A stretch of DNA of 64,000 nt from Lentisphaeria bacterium. Its GTDB lineage: Bacteria > Verrucomicrobiota > Lentisphaeria > JABSQK01 > JAWLHB01. The translations under genes were made by a program, and so were the position numbers. Below are positions 47,876-57,925 of this stretch, in pieces. Location of the stretch: positions 1 through 64,000 of the forward strand of contig JAWLHB010000041.1 in the NCBI GenBank assembly GCA_041690595.1, in the 5' to 3' direction. The first letter of the stretch is position 1, and the number at the start of each line of letters is the position of its first letter. The notes below the pieces were generated by a model. It ran no database searches, was not told where the DNA came from, and worked only from the letters and a program-made list of their open reading frames with translations.

Positions 47876-49180
47876 ATGTTCGACTGGCGGATGTTCGATA
47901 CCTGGATTGTCGTGGTCGGTGCGTTCAGCGCCATGGCCTGCGCCCTCGTCGGATGCTTTCTGGTCATGCGCCGCATGAGCATGATGGGCGACGCTATCAG
48001 CCATGCCGTCCTCCCCGGACTGGCCGCCGCCTACATGTTCACTGGCAGCCGCGAGAGCGGCGTCATGTTCCTCGGCGCGGCCGCTGTCGGCGTCTTGACC
48101 GCTCTCTTTACCCAATCCATTCATCGCTGGGGAAAAGTCGAGGAAAGCGCCGCCATGGGCGTCGTCTTCACCACCCTCTTTGCCATCGGACTCATCCTCA
48201 TTCGACAGGCCGCCGATCATGTCGACCTGGATGCCGAATGCGTCCTGCAGGGGGCCATCGAAATGACGCCGACCGACATGCGAACCTTTCTCGGCCTCGC
48301 CCTGCCGCGTGCCGCATGGGTCAGCGGTTCCGTGCTCGTACTCAACCTCGGCCTCATCACCCTCTTCTGGAAGGAATTCAAGATCAGCTCTTTCGACCCC
48401 GCGCTGGCCACGACCCAAGGCATCAACGCCACCTTCATGCATTACCTGCTGATGGTCCTCGTGGCCGTCACCACCGTCGCTTGTTTTGAGGCCGTCGGCA
48501 GCATCCTGGTCATCGCCATGCTCATCGTTCCGGCGGCCACCGCCTGCCTGTTGAGCGAACGACTCAGCACCGTCATCGTCGTCAGTGTCCTGCTGGCGGC
48601 CGCCTCCGCCTTCCTCGGCCACCTCTCTGCCATCACCCTCCCGAGACTTGTCGGCTTCTCCGATACGACCACCGCCGGCATGATGGCCTCCGTGGCAGGC
48701 GCCTTCTTTCTGGTGGCGCTCCTCGCAGCCCCCCGCCACGGCGTAATCAGCAAGCTGCTCACCCGCCTCAACCTGAGCCTGCGAATCGTGAGCGAGGATC
48801 TGCTCGGTATCCTCTATCGCCTGGAGGAGGAGGGCAAGATGCCCCATGCGGACTTCCCACTCTTCGCCCACGCCACCGGCGTCTCCACTTGGCGGATTCG
48901 ACGCGCACTCGCCCGCCTCCGTCGCAGTCGTCTCATCGTCCGCCACCAGAGCGGCTTCGCGCTCACCGACAGTGGCCGCGAGCAGGCACGCCAGATCCTT
49001 CGTAGTCATCGTCTGTGGGAATCCTATATCGACCGTCTCCTGAATGCCTCCAGCCATTCCCAGCATTTCACCGCCGAACGCCTCGAACACGTCACCGATG
49101 CCTCCACCCGCGAGGCCCTTGCCAAAGCCATCGGCTTGGCCGCGCAGGATCCCCAGGGAAAAGACATTCCCGAAAATTGA
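47876..49180 (+). CDS. Second metal ABC permease fused to a DtxR-like C-terminal domain
   Basis: GDAISHAVLPG, FEAVGSILV; C-terminal HRLWESY...H..AE.LEH...DPQGK.IP; start MFDWR. Confidence 0.9.
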   Translation: MFDWRMFDTWIVVVGAFSAMACALVGCFLVMRRMSMMGDAISHAVLPGLAAAYMFTGSRESGVMFLGAAAVGVLTALFTQSIHRWGKVEESAAMGVVFTTLFAIGLILIRQAADHVDLDAECVLQGAIEMTPTDMRTFLGLALPRAAWVSGSVLVLNLGLITLFWKEFKISSFDPALATTQGINATFMHYLLMVLVAVTTVACFEAVGSILVIAMLIVPAATACLLSERLSTVIVVSVLLAAASAFLGHLSAITLPRLVGFSDTTTAGMMASVAGAFFLVALLAAPRHGVISKLLTRLNLSLRIVSEDLLGILYRLEEEGKMPHADFPLFAHATGVSTWRIRRALARLRRSRLIVRHQSGFALTDSGREQARQILRSHRLWESYIDRLLNASSHSQHFTAERLEHVTDASTREALAKAIGLAAQDPQGKDIPEN

Positions 49181-49283
49181 CCCCCCGGACAGATTTCCGC
49201 GGATTCCGCTGAATGCAGCTTGCCACTCGAAGCACCAACTGCATCTTATCTCCTGGCGAATCTCAACTTCATGGGGAGGAAGG

Positions 49284-50531
49284 ATGATGGGCCGGAGTGG
49301 CAAGACAATTCGGGAACCGGCGCGCACGTTGCCGGTGCATGGCACGTATGATCTCGTGGTGGCCGGTGGCGGAATCGCCGGCGTGGCGGCGGCCGTCGCT
49401 GCTGCCAGGCTCGGAGTCTCCGTCTGTCTGCTCGAGCGAACCTTCGCTCTCGGCGGACTGGCAACCCTCGGAAACGTCATTGTCTGGCTGCCCCTCTGCG
49501 ATGGACGCGGACGCAAGGTCATCGGCGGTTTGGCCGAGGAACTTCTCAAGCTTTCCGTCGCCGAAGTGACCCGCAATGACGAGAAGGCGCGCATCATCGG
49601 GATTCCGGAAGCCTGGCGCGAGAACGGCGACCCCGCCGCACGTCGCGAAACTCGCTACCGCGTCGAGTTCAACCCTGCCTATTATCTGCTCGCCCTCGAA
49701 AAGCTCATCGTCGAATCCGGCGTGACTCTCCTTTACGACACCCGCGTCTGCGCCGTTCATCGGACGGACGAGCGCATCAGTCACCTTATCGTCGAGAATA
49801 AGAGCGGGCGGCAAGCTATCGCCTGCGGCCATGTCATCGATGCTACCGGCGATGCCGACCTCTGCTTCCTGGCCGGCGAAGCCACCGAATCCCTTTCCAC
49901 CAATGTCCTCGCCGGCTGGTTCTATTATCTCGCTTCCGATCGCCTCCAGCTCTGCCATCTCTCCAACCGGTACAGCCCCGCTGCCATCGAAGAAGGCGCA
50001 TGTGGACCTTTCTTCCGAGGTGACGATGCTGAACAGGTGACGGCTCAGCTCCTTGGTTCCCGCCAGTTGATCCGCCAGCGCCTCTCCGAGATGCGCGCGG
50101 AGCATCCTGACGCGCAAGCCATCCTGCCGCCCTCCATTCCCTGTCTGCGAATGACCCGCCGCCTGGTCGGAAGCATCTCCCTCGGCGAGCGCCACATGCA
50201 TGAATGGTGCGACGATGCCGTTGGATTCACCGGCGACTGGCGCCGCCGTGGACCGGTATATGCTTATCCATGGCGCACGCTCTGTGGTGTCCAGAACCCC
50301 AATCTGCTCGCCGTTGGCCGTTGCATGTCCGCCGACACTACCGTCTGGGACGTCACCCGCGCCATTCCGGGATGTGCCGTCACCGGCGAAGCGGCAGGCG
50401 TTGGCGCCGCCCTCGCGATTCAGCAGCGAATCAGCGACCTGCGCCGGGTTCCCCTCGACGCTCTCCAGGATCAACTGCGCAGCCAGGGCGTTCTACTCGA
50501 TCCAGCCCTCCTCGCCCCAGCCCTGGAATAA
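49284..50531 (+). CDS. FAD-dependent oxidoreductase
   Basis: YDLVVAGGGIAGVAAA, IDATGDAD, NLLAVGRC, TGEAAG; GGAGG RBS. Confidence 0.9.
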   Translation: MMGRSGKTIREPARTLPVHGTYDLVVAGGGIAGVAAAVAAARLGVSVCLLERTFALGGLATLGNVIVWLPLCDGRGRKVIGGLAEELLKLSVAEVTRNDEKARIIGIPEAWRENGDPAARRETRYRVEFNPAYYLLALEKLIVESGVTLLYDTRVCAVHRTDERISHLIVENKSGRQAIACGHVIDATGDADLCFLAGEATESLSTNVLAGWFYYLASDRLQLCHLSNRYSPAAIEEGACGPFFRGDDAEQVTAQLLGSRQLIRQRLSEMRAEHPDAQAILPPSIPCLRMTRRLVGSISLGERHMHEWCDDAVGFTGDWRRRGPVYAYPWRTLCGVQNPNLLAVGRCMSADTTVWDVTRAIPGCAVTGEAAGVGAALAIQQRISDLRRVPLDALQDQLRSQGVLLDPALLAPALE

Positions 50532-50547
50532 TTGCCCCCCGCGCCGC

Positions 50548-50757
50548 CCCGTCCGCCCCCGTCCGACCCGTCAGACCATGTCCTCTTTGTCTCCTTCTGC
50601 CCCCTTGCCCACTCTTCCCCACGTGAGCTCAATTCCACAAAACCTTAGCCTCCACAGGCCCGGCAACGTGGGAGGGGTTCTCCGAACCGCGACTTGCGCA
50701 TTGCCACCCCCCCGCCAGAGCTCAATTCCACAAAACCTTAGCCTCCACAGGCCCGGC
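50548..50757. repeat. Second copy of the 171-430 repeat family (inverted), plus GTCNGAC 9-mers
   Basis: GAGCTCAATTCCACAAAACCTTAGCCTCCACAGGCCCGG x2 flanking GTGGGAGGGGTTCTCCGAACCGCGAC. Confidence 0.85.
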
Positions 50758-50897
50758 CGTGTCTCCGTGTCCACTGCTGCCTCCTCGCGTCCTAATTGCC
50801 GAAAAAGGTAGAACTCCAGCTTACTTTCATGATTGGTCTCCATTGAGTGGGCAGACAACAGCCCTGCCACTGCCGTCCCCTTCGTCCATACCGCCAA

Positions 50898-52346
50898 TCA
50901 GGCGACGGTGCTGTCCGGGCCATAGGCGGCAAAACGCTGGGCGGGGTAATGCGTGTTGAGGAGGGCTCTGTCGCCAGTACGCGCAACGATCTTCCACAAC
51001 TCCCCATACATTGCCTGCAGCTGTGGCTGCCACGCCGGTTCCTCCGCAAGATTGCTCATCTCGTGCGGATCGTCCTCGAGATTATACAGCTCGTCGAAGT
51101 CGAAGCCATTGTGCACGAACTTCCACGGATGCTGCCAGAGTATACGCTGAGACGTCATGTAGCGCCCGCCCGAATACTCTGCATAGCCACCCTGAAACTC
51201 CCCAGCCGAGCCGAGCGGATCCCGCAACAACGGCGCGAATGAACGGGACTCGCCGCCTGTATCGATCGCCGCGCAGCCGGTCAGCTCCAGAAGGGTGGGG
51301 CACAGGTCATGAAGCCCAACACGAGCCTTCGCAACTCGACCCGCGGCAATCCCCGGTCCCGCCAGCACCATCGGAATGTGGTAGACCTCCTCAAACGCAC
51401 CCACGTTCTTGCAGTACAGACCATGAGCGCCGAGCAACTCGCCATGGTCGCTCGTCAACACGACGATCGTGTTCTCCAGTTCACCGGCTGCTTCCACCTG
51501 CTCCAGCAAACGTCCAAAGCACCCATCGATCTCCGTGATCGAAGCGTAATAGCAGGCAGCTGCTTCCCTCACGTCGCGATCCGTGAGATGCTCCCACTGA
51601 CGTGCCAGCTTGCGATACAACCCCGGTTTGTCGCTCATGGGATCACGGCAACTCGCGGGCAGCGGCAGCGCGTCGATGTCGTAGCGCGCCAGCGAATCCT
51701 CGTGGCAGATGAACGGATCGTGCGGCTCCGGGACGCTGACGAAGCAGCACCATGGTTTGCCATCCTTTCCCATTACACTGTCGAGAAATCGGCTGGCGAG
51801 ATTCGTCGTCAGCCCCATGCTACGCTCTGCCGTCGGCACGTTGTTGGCGCCATGGAAGACGTGTTCCCGATAGCCGGGAGGCGCATCGCAGCGGCGCTCG
51901 AGCGAGTAGTGGACATCCGCGGTCCGTGGCGTCGCCAGTACTTCCTGACGATAGAGACCGCCGGCCATCGAACCATCCACCTGCCAGCCGAACCTGGCCG
52001 GCGACTCATCGTGCTCGACATGCCACTTGCCGAAGTAGCCTGTCGTGTACCCTGCCCGTTGCAGTTCCTGTGCCCAGTGTCGCTTCTCCGGACGCAACCG
52101 CGCCAGATCGCGATCCTGGCAATGATGCACAAAAAGCATCCCATGTGAATGCGGCAGCAGGCCCGTCATGAGACTCGCACGGGCAGGTGAACATACCGCG
52201 TTCGGCGAATAGCCCCGGCTGATGCGCACACCGCGCTCAATCAGCCGATCGAGATTTGGCGTGTGGCAGGGATGGCCAGCTTCAAGGACGGCTCCCTGAA
52301 GCTGATCGCACATGAGGAAGAGAATATTGGGCCGTTCCACGCTCAT
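50898..52346 (-). CDS. Formylglycine-dependent sulfatase (choline-sulfatase-like, no signal peptide)
   Basis: RPNILFLMCDQ, CSPARASLMTG, GKWH, PHDP, SDHG. Confidence 0.93.
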   Translation of the reverse strand: MSVERPNILFLMCDQLQGAVLEAGHPCHTPNLDRLIERGVRISRGYSPNAVCSPARASLMTGLLPHSHGMLFVHHCQDRDLARLRPEKRHWAQELQRAGYTTGYFGKWHVEHDESPARFGWQVDGSMAGGLYRQEVLATPRTADVHYSLERRCDAPPGYREHVFHGANNVPTAERSMGLTTNLASRFLDSVMGKDGKPWCCFVSVPEPHDPFICHEDSLARYDIDALPLPASCRDPMSDKPGLYRKLARQWEHLTDRDVREAAACYYASITEIDGCFGRLLEQVEAAGELENTIVVLTSDHGELLGAHGLYCKNVGAFEEVYHIPMVLAGPGIAAGRVAKARVGLHDLCPTLLELTGCAAIDTGGESRSFAPLLRDPLGSAGEFQGGYAEYSGGRYMTSQRILWQHPWKFVHNGFDFDELYNLEDDPHEMSNLAEEPAWQPQLQAMYGELWKIVARTGDRALLNTHYPAQRFAAYGPDSTVA

Positions 52347-52366
52347 GACAACGCTCTCCAACAAAT

Positions 52367-52414
52367 GAGAAGAAAAAGAAAAACGGCCGACTGCGGAAGG
52401 GTCGCAACCGGCCG
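52367..52414 (-). terminator. Rho-independent terminator
   Basis: CGGCCGGTTGCG-loop-CGCAGTCGGCCG followed by a long T-rich tract on the minus strand. Confidence 0.75.
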
Positions 52415-52489
52415 ATGATCACTTGTATTGAAGATGCGCCGCGGTGAAATCCGCTTCCCTCTCTCAAATGGGAGTACCGCGGCGGCCGA

Positions 52490-52861
52490 TCACTCGGCTT
52501 CCGGCGTCGCTTCGCCTTCGCCAGCACCTGGAACTTCCGTTGGCGCTGCCATGGGATCCATATACTCGTCGGGCATCTGTGGGCGGACGATCGTGTAGAC
52601 GACCTTCTGCTCATCGCCCACTGCGTCGTAGGCCACTTCGCCTTCGACTATCTGCATACCGCTCAACTGCGCGCCGCTGAGGCTCTGTATGATACTGCTC
52701 GTCGTCGCATTCAAGGACGCAAGCTGCTTGTTGACGCTGTACATGATCCAGATCAGAAAGATGGCCAGAATCCAGAATATCAAATTTGTGCCAATGAAAA
52801 CGTTCTTCAGAGAACGTACGTCTTCAGCGGTGAGTGCGGAGCTTCTTGTTTCATCTGCCAT
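52490..52861 (-). CDS. Small single-TM hypothetical protein
   Basis: GAGG RBS before MADET, one hydrophobic helix, acidic tail. Confidence 0.7.
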   Translation of the reverse strand: MADETRSSALTAEDVRSLKNVFIGTNLIFWILAIFLIWIMYSVNKQLASLNATTSSIIQSLSGAQLSGMQIVEGEVAYDAVGDEQKVVYTIVRPQMPDEYMDPMAAPTEVPGAGEGEATPEAE

Positions 52862-53133
52862 GTGCTTGTCCCTCTTGTTTTTGTTTTCCCTGCGACCAAA
52901 GGCATACAACTCAACCATGCCGGAATGTTTTTCCTGTCACATGACCGCTCGAACCCCCTTGGTTCCCACATACTAATATCGAACCTTAACGATTCCGTAG
53001 TATAGCCGGAATACCATGCTTTGCAACACAATTTAAAACTGAGCCGGCACGTCGTCCAGTCAAGGCTGGAAAGCTGAAACGGCCCGGCATGCCGAAGCTG
53101 CCGAGCCGTAAGCTCTCTATCCTCAAAACGACT

Positions 53134-53577
53134 TTATTGAGCGTCTGTCAGCGCAGTCACCTGAACGATCTTCCGCACCTTCTCCTTGTCGGAGCCCTTC
53201 GCCTTGGCCATGACCACCTTGGCCTGCAGGGTCACTTGCTTGCCAACATGCCCGGAAACGTCCAGCTTCGACTTGGTCTCGCCGGTCCCGCTCACATAGT
53301 GGCTCCGCAGCGGTATCTTGCCGTCCGCCGTCTCAAGGTAATAAAGCGGTACCGTCTTCTCGCCACGCTTTGTGTCGACGGAGACAATCGTCCCCGTGAG
53401 GGTCGCATCCGTCGTGACCTCCGGCGCCTTGACGGGCTTCTCCTTCACTGCCATATCCTTGTGGCTGCCTTCCGGTTTGGCCTTCTTCTCCCCCTCCACT
53501 TTCTCCTCTGCCATCGACGCCAGCGGCATCAGACCACAAACCAGAACCACGAGCATTGCACGCACGAGACTTTTCAT
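53134..53577 (-). CDS. Small secreted Lys-rich hypothetical protein (possible OB-like fold)
   Basis: Signal peptide MKSLVRAMLVVLVCG..SMA; TLTGTIV...VGKQVTL. Confidence 0.7.
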   Translation of the reverse strand: MKSLVRAMLVVLVCGLMPLASMAEEKVEGEKKAKPEGSHKDMAVKEKPVKAPEVTTDATLTGTIVSVDTKRGEKTVPLYYLETADGKIPLRSHYVSGTGETKSKLDVSGHVGKQVTLQAKVVMAKAKGSDKEKVRKIVQVTALTDAQ

Positions 53578-53680
53578 GACATCTACCTTTTGCTGTTGTT
53601 TAGGATTCCTGACCTCACGCAAACTCTCATATGAGTACGCCCAATGTACGCTGCTGCTCGCGTGCCGTCAAGTGCATCAC

Positions 53681-54175
53681 TTATCCCGCATCAGAATGAT
53701 TTCTGCGCCGCCAAAGCTCCAGAATCTTCGCCGCCCGCCGCCGGTTCACCCCGAGGTCGCTCCGCCCGACTCGCGATCCCGATCGCACATGAATCACCGC
53801 GCCATCCGCATCCAGCCGAAACTCCACATCATCGACAAAGCCGAACAGTCCACTCCGCACGGTCGCATGCAGATAACCCTCCCCCTCCGTTACGATTTCC
53901 AACCGCGGCACATCGCCAAGCACCTCCCGGAGACGCGCCCAGTCGCCTTCATCCTCGCACGGCAGCGCCTCGACCCGCCGAAGCGGATCGGGATCCTCGC
54001 TGTTGACGCAGTTCGGTCTGTCGGGGCAAGGACGCAGACGCCCATCGTCCGTCAACCCAGCTTCCGGCTCATCGCGCGCCGAAAATATCGCCAGTGTCTT
54101 CAGCACGCCCCCGCTAAGCAGCAGGCCCGCCACCACCATGCACACGCTCCGTTTGCTCTTGCTCGATAATGCCAT
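53681..54175 (-). CDS. DUF1499 domain protein
   Basis: L.PCP.RPNCVNS, FGFVDDVEF, RS.SRVG.SDLGVNR.R. Confidence 0.92.
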   Translation of the reverse strand: MALSSKSKRSVCMVVAGLLLSGGVLKTLAIFSARDEPEAGLTDDGRLRPCPDRPNCVNSEDPDPLRRVEALPCEDEGDWARLREVLGDVPRLEIVTEGEGYLHATVRSGLFGFVDDVEFRLDADGAVIHVRSGSRVGRSDLGVNRRRAAKILELWRRRNHSDAG

Positions 54176-55332
54176 CAATACCCCTTTGTCCCGTCCCAGC
54201 AGCGGCGAAACTCTTCCGCATAGATGACCGCCAACTCTGGAGAATCGAAGATGAGGAGGTTCTCGTCGTTCGTCGTATCGGCATTGGCCGAAAAGTTGAA
54301 GCTTCCGGTGATAACATAGCGTTCATCGACAATGATCACCTTGTGGTGCATCACCCCACGTCGATTCTCGCTCAGCTTCACCTCCACCCGGTTCTCTGCC
54401 AGGTAGTCGTGCCGGCTGTATTCGCTGCCGGCCTGCCCCGCGTCCAAAAGGCAGCGCACCCGCACATTCTTCCCCGCCCGCCGCTGCATGCTCCGCGCCA
54501 GCGCCTGGTGTGTGAAGGAGAACGCCATCACCTCCACCGAAACTTCCGCTTCCGATACCAGGCCGATGATCGCATCCATCACCTCGTCTTCCGGTGCAAA
54601 GAGATTGCGGATCTCCAGATCCTCGTGGCGGACCCGTGAATACGGCGTCGCCGCCGGCGAACGGGAGCCGAATCGCCCCGCCCACATCTCTTCGAACTCC
54701 TCGCTGTAATTGGCGGCAATCTCCCGCGAAACCAGCGTCAGCGCATTGTTGTCATTGCGCAGCGTCCCATTGCCCGTGAAGTTATAGCTACCTGTCCACA
54801 CACGTGTGCGATCCACCACCACAAACTTGTTGTGCATGATCGCGCTCCGCTCGTCCCCGATCACCTTTATTCCCACGCGCTTGAGCGGCTCCAACTCCCG
54901 AAGATACAGGTTGTCCGTGTCGACGATCACCCGCACGCGCACCTGCCGATCATGCGCCGCCACCAGCGCCTTCACCACGTTGGGCAGATCCAGATCATAG
55001 ATGGCCAGGTCGATCTGCTCTCTCGCTCCGTCGATAAACGCCACCAAATGATCGTCGATCCGCGGTGAGGGCGCGAAGTAGACCTGGATATCCGCACTGC
55101 CGCTGGCCACGCGGGCGGTATCGCTGTACAGCGAAATCGGCAACCCAGTCCGGCGCACGAGCCGGTTGCGAAGCGCCAGAAGCTCGTTGTAGAGCGGGCG
55201 CGCCTCCTCCGGCACATCCGCATACGGCACAAAGGTGATCCCCACCTGCACAACCAGCAGAAGTATCACCGCCGTCGTCCAGCCGATGAAGCGGCGGCGC
55301 CATTTGCGCACGATCTTGGAGCGTCGAGCCAT
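54175..55332 (-). CDS. Phospholipase D-like protein (two HKD motifs)
   Basis: MHNKFVVVD....TGSYN and MHHKVIIVD....TGSFN; N-terminal TM anchor. Confidence 0.92.
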   Translation of the reverse strand: MARRSKIVRKWRRRFIGWTTAVILLLVVQVGITFVPYADVPEEARPLYNELLALRNRLVRRTGLPISLYSDTARVASGSADIQVYFAPSPRIDDHLVAFIDGAREQIDLAIYDLDLPNVVKALVAAHDRQVRVRVIVDTDNLYLRELEPLKRVGIKVIGDERSAIMHNKFVVVDRTRVWTGSYNFTGNGTLRNDNNALTLVSREIAANYSEEFEEMWAGRFGSRSPAATPYSRVRHEDLEIRNLFAPEDEVMDAIIGLVSEAEVSVEVMAFSFTHQALARSMQRRAGKNVRVRCLLDAGQAGSEYSRHDYLAENRVEVKLSENRRGVMHHKVIIVDERYVITGSFNFSANADTTNDENLLIFDSPELAVIYAEEFRRCWDGTKGY

Positions 55333-55503
55333 CGGGTCCAGGTGGTAAAGGGTGAGGCTTCCTTATACTCCGCCTTCTTGCCACAGGCAAGTAGTCCGCT
55401 TCCAAAAAGCCAGGGCCACCGAACTTGCACCACCACCTCGACGGCGTATCTTGACAGCCGAACAAGCCGCCACGATCCGTCGTTTACAGTGAGGAACTCC
55501 CAC

Positions 55504-56793
55504 ATGAATACCCGTGCCGCCGCCCAGGCTGCCTATGCCGCTTCCATCCCCCTCGGAGCCATGCCCACCGCGCGCAAGAACCAGGCGCTCGAAGCCATCG
55601 CCGCCGCCCTCCTTGCCAACAGCAACTCCATCCTCGACGCCAATCGCCGCGATCTGAACGAAAGCGCCGAGCTCGCCGCTCCCCTCCTCAAGCGCCTCAA
55701 ATTTGACGATAAGAAGCTCGCCGACGTCGTCGCCGGCATTCGCAGCCTCGTCGCCCTCGCCGATCCCGTCGGCGAAACCCTCGCCGCCACCGAACTCGAT
55801 GCCGGACTCGAGCTCTACAAGGTCGCCTGTCCCATCGGCGTGATCGGCGTCATCTTCGAATCCCGCCCCGATGCTCTCGTACAGATCTCGTCCCTCTGCC
55901 TGAAGAGCGGCAACGCCGTCCTGCTCAAGGGGGGCAGCGAAGCCACCCACACGAATCGCGAACTGGCCCGCGTCATCATCGACGCCAGCCGTGACGCCGG
56001 CATGCCCGACGGATGGATGCACCTTCTCGAAACCCGCGCCGAAGTCGGCGAAATGCTCAAGCTCGACGACTACATCGACCTCATGATCCCACGCGGATCC
56101 AACGAGTTTGTCCGCTACATCATGGAAAACTCCAACATCCCTGTACTCGGTCACGCCGACGGCATCTGCCACGTCTATGTGGACGCGGCCGCCGATCTGC
56201 ACATGGCCGTCGACCTCACCGCCGACTCCAAGTGCCAGTACGTTGCCGTATGCAACGCCGCCGAAACGCTCCTCGTCCACGCCGCCGTCGCGCCCGCCTT
56301 CCTTCCCCTCCTCGCCGCCAGGCTGGAGCCCCTCCATGTCGAACTCCGCGGTTGCGAACGCACCTGCGCCATCATCGACGCCACCCCGGCCACCGACGAC
56401 GACTGGGCCACCGAATACCTCGACTACACGCTCGCCATCCGCGTCGTCGATGACCTCGACGCCGCCATCGCGCACATCAACACCTATGGCTCCGGCCACA
56501 CCGATGTCATCGTCACCGGTGACCGCAAGACCGCCGACCTCTTCATGAACATGGTCGACTCCGGCAACGTCTTCTGGAACTGCAGCTCACGCTTCAGCGA
56601 CGGCTTCCGCTATGGCCTTGGCGCCGAGGTCGGCATCAGCACCAACAAGATCCACGCACGCGGACCGGTCGGTCTCGAAGGACTCCTCATCTACAAATGG
56701 AAGATGAAGGGTTCCGGACAGACCGTCGCGCCCTATGCCGACGGCCAGAAGTCCTTCACCCATCGTCCATTGCCGAAGTCCTTCGAGATCTGA
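55504..56793 (+). CDS. proA: Glutamate-5-semialdehyde dehydrogenase
   Basis: GVIFESRP, LKGGSEA, IPRG, CNAAETLL, AEVGIST.KIHARGPVGL. Confidence 0.96.
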   Translation: MNTRAAAQAAYAASIPLGAMPTARKNQALEAIAAALLANSNSILDANRRDLNESAELAAPLLKRLKFDDKKLADVVAGIRSLVALADPVGETLAATELDAGLELYKVACPIGVIGVIFESRPDALVQISSLCLKSGNAVLLKGGSEATHTNRELARVIIDASRDAGMPDGWMHLLETRAEVGEMLKLDDYIDLMIPRGSNEFVRYIMENSNIPVLGHADGICHVYVDAAADLHMAVDLTADSKCQYVAVCNAAETLLVHAAVAPAFLPLLAARLEPLHVELRGCERTCAIIDATPATDDDWATEYLDYTLAIRVVDDLDAAIAHINTYGSGHTDVIVTGDRKTADLFMNMVDSGNVFWNCSSRFSDGFRYGLGAEVGISTNKIHARGPVGLEGLLIYKWKMKGSGQTVAPYADGQKSFTHRPLPKSFEI

Positions 56794-56804
56794 CGACAGA
56801 CGCC

Positions 56805-57842
56805 TTACGGTATGATCAGACCCTTGATCGCCTGCAGCGATTCGATGGCGTCGAAGACCGTCTCCCACCGCTCCAGCGGCTCACGATGCGTGATCAGCTT
56901 GTCTGCCGGCACCTGGCCGCTGGCGATCAGTGCGATCGTCCGGTCCCACGACTCATATTCCGTCGACAGATTGAAGACCACCGTCGCCACCTTGAAGGCG
57001 AACTTGTCCCAAGGCAGCGTCACTTCCTTGTTGCCGGTCAAGCCGATCACGCAGATCTTTCCGCGCTTCCGCACCAGGTCGCACGTCATCGGAATGGCCC
57101 GCGGCGAACCGCTGCATTCCACCACGACATCCGCCCCAAGTCCGCCCGTCAGGTCGAGCACGGCGTCCACCGGGTTGCCGTCGGCTACATTGATCAGGTT
57201 GGTGAATCCCAACTCCCGCGCCTTGGCAAAGCGCAGGTCGACATCGCCCGGTGTGCCGATGATGGCCACATCCCGCGCCCCGCAGGCCCTGGCGACCAGA
57301 GCACACATCAGGCCGATGGGACCCGGCCCTTGGATAACCACGAAATCGCCCGCCTGCATCTCCGTTCGCAGCACCAGGTCCGTCACGGCATTGGCGGTCG
57401 GCTCTACCACCGCAGCCTGGTCCCAGCTCATCGACGCCGGAATCTTGTGCAGCAGGTGCTCGGGATAGTTGATGTACTCCGTCATCCCGCCGTCGATTCC
57501 CCAGCCCGGCGAGCGTTTCTCCGCGCAGATCTGCACGTTGCCCCGCCGGCACAGGTAGCAATGGCCGCAAGCCTGCGTGTGCGGCTCCACCACCACCCGG
57601 TCGCCGATCTGATGATGATGAACCCCAGGCCCGATCTCCACGATCTCACCCGCCAGCTCGTGCCCCAGAATCACCGGCGGCCAATAGGGGAAACTATCAT
57701 GCTTCACGTGAATATCCGTGCCGCAGATCCCGCACGCCGCGATCTTGATCTTCACCTGGTCCTGACCCGGTGCGGGTGGCTCTGCCACCTCGCGAAGTTC
57801 AAGATGACCGACGCCTCTTTGCGTCTTTACCAAAGCTTTCAT
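56805..57842 (-). CDS. Zinc-binding sugar-alcohol/threonine-type dehydrogenase
   Basis: GICGTD.H, GHE, CGHCYLC.......C, GPGPIG. Confidence 0.92.
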   Translation of the reverse strand: MKALVKTQRGVGHLELREVAEPPAPGQDQVKIKIAACGICGTDIHVKHDSFPYWPPVILGHELAGEIVEIGPGVHHHQIGDRVVVEPHTQACGHCYLCRRGNVQICAEKRSPGWGIDGGMTEYINYPEHLLHKIPASMSWDQAAVVEPTANAVTDLVLRTEMQAGDFVVIQGPGPIGLMCALVARACGARDVAIIGTPGDVDLRFAKARELGFTNLINVADGNPVDAVLDLTGGLGADVVVECSGSPRAIPMTCDLVRKRGKICVIGLTGNKEVTLPWDKFAFKVATVVFNLSTEYESWDRTIALIASGQVPADKLITHREPLERWETVFDAIESLQAIKGLIIP

Positions 57843-57925
57843 CGATTATGCATCCTCTGAGTTGTGTACCTGTTGTGCCCCAACTATAGCCGACTATTCG
57901 CCCCGACGCCAGACGAAGCCCACCG

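Noticed and set aside
54175..55332. PLD protein as an anti-phage nuclease
   Set aside because: It is membrane-anchored with two HKD motifs, lies in a housekeeping context and has no helicase or methylase partners
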